Source: Ranitomeya imitator (taxonomy: Eukaryota). Taken from it: DNA of 64,000 bases. Below are positions 61,490 through 64,000 of the stretch, one piece after another. The notes under the pieces are model-generated. The model was not told the DNA's origin. It made no database searches and was given only the letters and a program-made list of their open reading frames with translations. Position numbers and translations under genes: made by a program. The stretch spans positions 302,560,001-302,624,000 of the forward strand of contig NC_091287.1 of assembly GCF_032444005.1 (NCBI RefSeq), in the 5' to 3' direction. The first letter of the stretch is position 1; each line of letters opens with the position of its first letter.

Positions 61490-61749
61490 AGTACTCACCA
61501 ATCTTCTATGCAGGTTCCTTTATTGTTACAAAATCTTCACGGCACGGGGGTGTAATCAAACAAGGAAATGTGAGAGCAGAACGACGGCCGTTTCGCGCTG
61601 GCCTGGCGCTTCAACAGGAACTCGTTCAAGCGCCAGGCCGGCGCGAAACGGCCGTCGTTCTGCTCTCACATTTCCTTGTTTGATTACACCCCCGTGCCGT
61701 GAAGATTTTGTAACAATAAAGGAACCTGCATAGAAGATTGGTGAGTGCT
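61490..61749. repeat. ~125-bp inverted repeat (8-nt spacer) centred on two eroded hammerhead motifs; PLE-derived
   Basis: Arms 61490-61615 / 61624-61749; gcgc..gcgc-GAAA-cggccg-TC; AATAAA and a G|GTGAGT donor near the arm ends. Confidence 0.75.
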
Positions 61750-62385
61750 GCCATTTTCTTTTTCTATGTTTCTACGATAGCAATCTCTCTGGCTGAAGCA
61801 CCCGAGATCTGCGGGCCAGCTGCGGTTAATTGGCCTGAAGCGTACATAGTCAGCTGCATCGGTGGTGCGGTCAGCTGTTTTCTTTTTTGACTTAATAACA
61901 GTAGTAGCTGCAACAACTGCAGCTGGTAAAAAGACAAGTCTGAACCAGAGATGTACAGAGATTAACCTAAAAAGATGGCTAACAAACACTAACTGGGGAA
62001 GAAGCGAGGGGCCAGACACATCAGAGCTAGACTACAGGGAGAAAGACAGCTAACATGTGCCTGTAACAGCAAATCTGATTATATAGCAGCATAACAATAA
62101 CAATGCAGTGATAATGCAATTCTGAATGATTCCCAAGTGGTGGTACATGACGGTGATTGATGCTGAAATAACACTGTCCTTACTGTGGAGTAAAATACCC
62201 TAAATTCTCTGCATGCTATTCTGCTCAATACAACTAATGTTGTTCCTTCTTTTATGCCCACATACTGTGTGATGCACTGAGCCCCCAACAACTATCCTAC
62301 ATTGCTCACAGTGCAATCCAGGCCTGCTCACATATCATGTCCTCCTGTCGGTCCTTTTACGGGATGCTACCTGCTTTCCCTCATA

Positions 62386-63695
62386 TCTACTATATAATTG
62401 TCTAAGGGTCACTTCCGTCTTTCTGTCTGTCTGTCCTTCTGTCACGGATATTCATTGGTCGCGGCCTCTGTCTGTCATGGAATCCAAGTCGCTGATTGGT
62501 CTCGCCAGCTGCCTGTCATGGCTGCCGCGACCAATCAGCGACGGCCACAATCTGATTAGTAACGCCCTACTCCCCTGCAGTCAGTGCCCGGCGCCCGCTC
62601 CATACTCCCCTCAGTCAGCGCCTGGCACCCACTCTATACTCCCCGCAGTGAGTGCCCGGCGCCCACTCCATACTCTCCGCAGTCAGTGCCCGGCGCCCTC
62701 TCCATACTCCCCGCAGTCAGTGCCCGGTGCTCGCTCCTTACTCCCCACAGTCAGTGCCCAGTGCTCGCTCCATACTCCCCGCAGTCAGTGCCCGGCGCCC
62801 TCTCCATACTTCCCGCAGTCAGTGCCCAGTGCTCGCTCCATACTCCCCACAGTCAGTGTCTGGCGCATCAATAGTAAAAAGATCTAATGTTAAAAATAAT
62901 TTAAAAAAAACAAAAAACCTGCTATTCTCACCTTCCATAGTCTGACAATGCGCTCCCGTCAGCTTCCGGTCCCAGAGATGCATTGCTAAATTACCGAGAA
63001 GACTTAGCGGTCTCGCGAACCACGCGCATCGACAGAGGTTCGTTGGATCTATGCTGGATCCCGCCGGGTGATTATATAACTATTTTTTATTTTAATTATT
63101 TTTTTAAACAGGGATATGGTGCCCACACTGCTAAATACTACGTGGGCTGTGTTAGATACCGCGTGGCTGCTATATACTACCTGGCCAGTGTTAGATACTA
63201 TACTGCATGGGCTGTGCTATATATTATGTGGCCACTGTTATATACTGCGTGGGCTGTGTTATATACTACATGGCTGCTATATACTACGTGGGCAGTGTTA
63301 TATACTACGTGGCAGTGTTCTATACTGCGTGCTATATACTACGTGGCCAGTGTTAGATACTATGTAGGCTGTGCTATATATTACTTGGGCTGTGTTATAT
63401 ATTATGTGGCCAGTGTTACATACTATGTGCGCTGTGTTATATACTGCGTGGCTGCTATATACTGTGTGGGCTGTGTTATATACTACGTGGGCTGTGTTAT
63501 TTACTGCGTGGCCTATATTAATGCATCGGGTATTCTACAATATGTATGTATGTATATAGCAGCCACATGGCATATACTACATGCCACGTAGTACTCCTGT
63601 ATACTACGTGGCCTGTGCTATATACTATGTGGCTGCTATATACATACATACATATTCTAGAATACCCAATGCGTTAGAATCAGGCCACCATCTAG
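62386..63695 (+). mobile_element. Non-autonomous Helitron carrying two minisatellites (~39-bp unit 62578-62860; ~20-bp unit 63140-63640)
   Basis: A|TC start, CTAG|T end, subterminal imperfect hairpin (cccaat...atcagg), no TSD. Confidence 0.8.
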
Positions 63696-64000
63696 TTTAT
63701 ATATAATATGGCTTATATCAGCACAGAATTGTGGGCAAATTGGTATTTATTGTTATTGTTTATGGTTCAAAGTTATATAGGGATATTACTTGATGGAGGA
63801 TTAATTTGGTAACATGATCGAATTACATCCATTTCAGAGACTTTCAAATACTGAAAAAGACAAATGAAATCTTACCACCCTGCTAGCATGTAGGAATAGT
63901 GGACCACCTTTTTAATATGCTACAACTAAAAGTAAAGTATTGTAAATTAGAAGAAAGACTTTTTAGACAATGGTTACATGTATTAGTGAACTAAAAAATT

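Noticed and set aside
62477-63591. Long ORFs (136 aa, 202 aa and others) with repetitive SQCP/YYV content
   Set aside because: They are translations of stop-free minisatellites inside a Helitron.

Overview
This is eukaryotic, repeat-dominated DNA with no host exon I can support. The TE families (piggyBac-like TTAA MITEs, T2/Kolobok MITE, V-SINE, epsilon-like ERV, sushi-like chromovirus) suggest an anuran (frog) genome; this is inference. Most long ORFs belong to nested mobile elements. (i) A Harbinger relic (18971-~34260) hosts a Tc1, a Penelope-derived insert, a TTAA MITE and an 11.4-kb two-copy Gypsy composite, in which a 3.6-kb loss left two LTRs fused head-to-head as a ~1.77-kb near-palindrome. 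(ii) An L2 LINE is split by a defective class I ERV (37002-50480), whose RT is itself split by a solo LTR and by a young chromovirus with an uninterrupted 1374-aa ORF. (iii) Several Penelope-like (PLE) foldback insertions carry hammerhead-ribozyme motifs, the largest with ~2-kb inverted arms around a GIY-YIG ORF and a 14-bp TSD. (iv) hAT, CR1, Tc1, Helitron and MITE copies fill the rest. Best leads: a dUTPase-fold-like segment between Gypsy PR and RT, the loop-deleted LTR palindrome, U3-A8 variant hammerheads with a shared foldback-plus-tail architecture, a cold-shock-domain remnant in a repeat, and a probable self-priming chromovirus. All coordinates and difference counts were read by eye; no searches were run.
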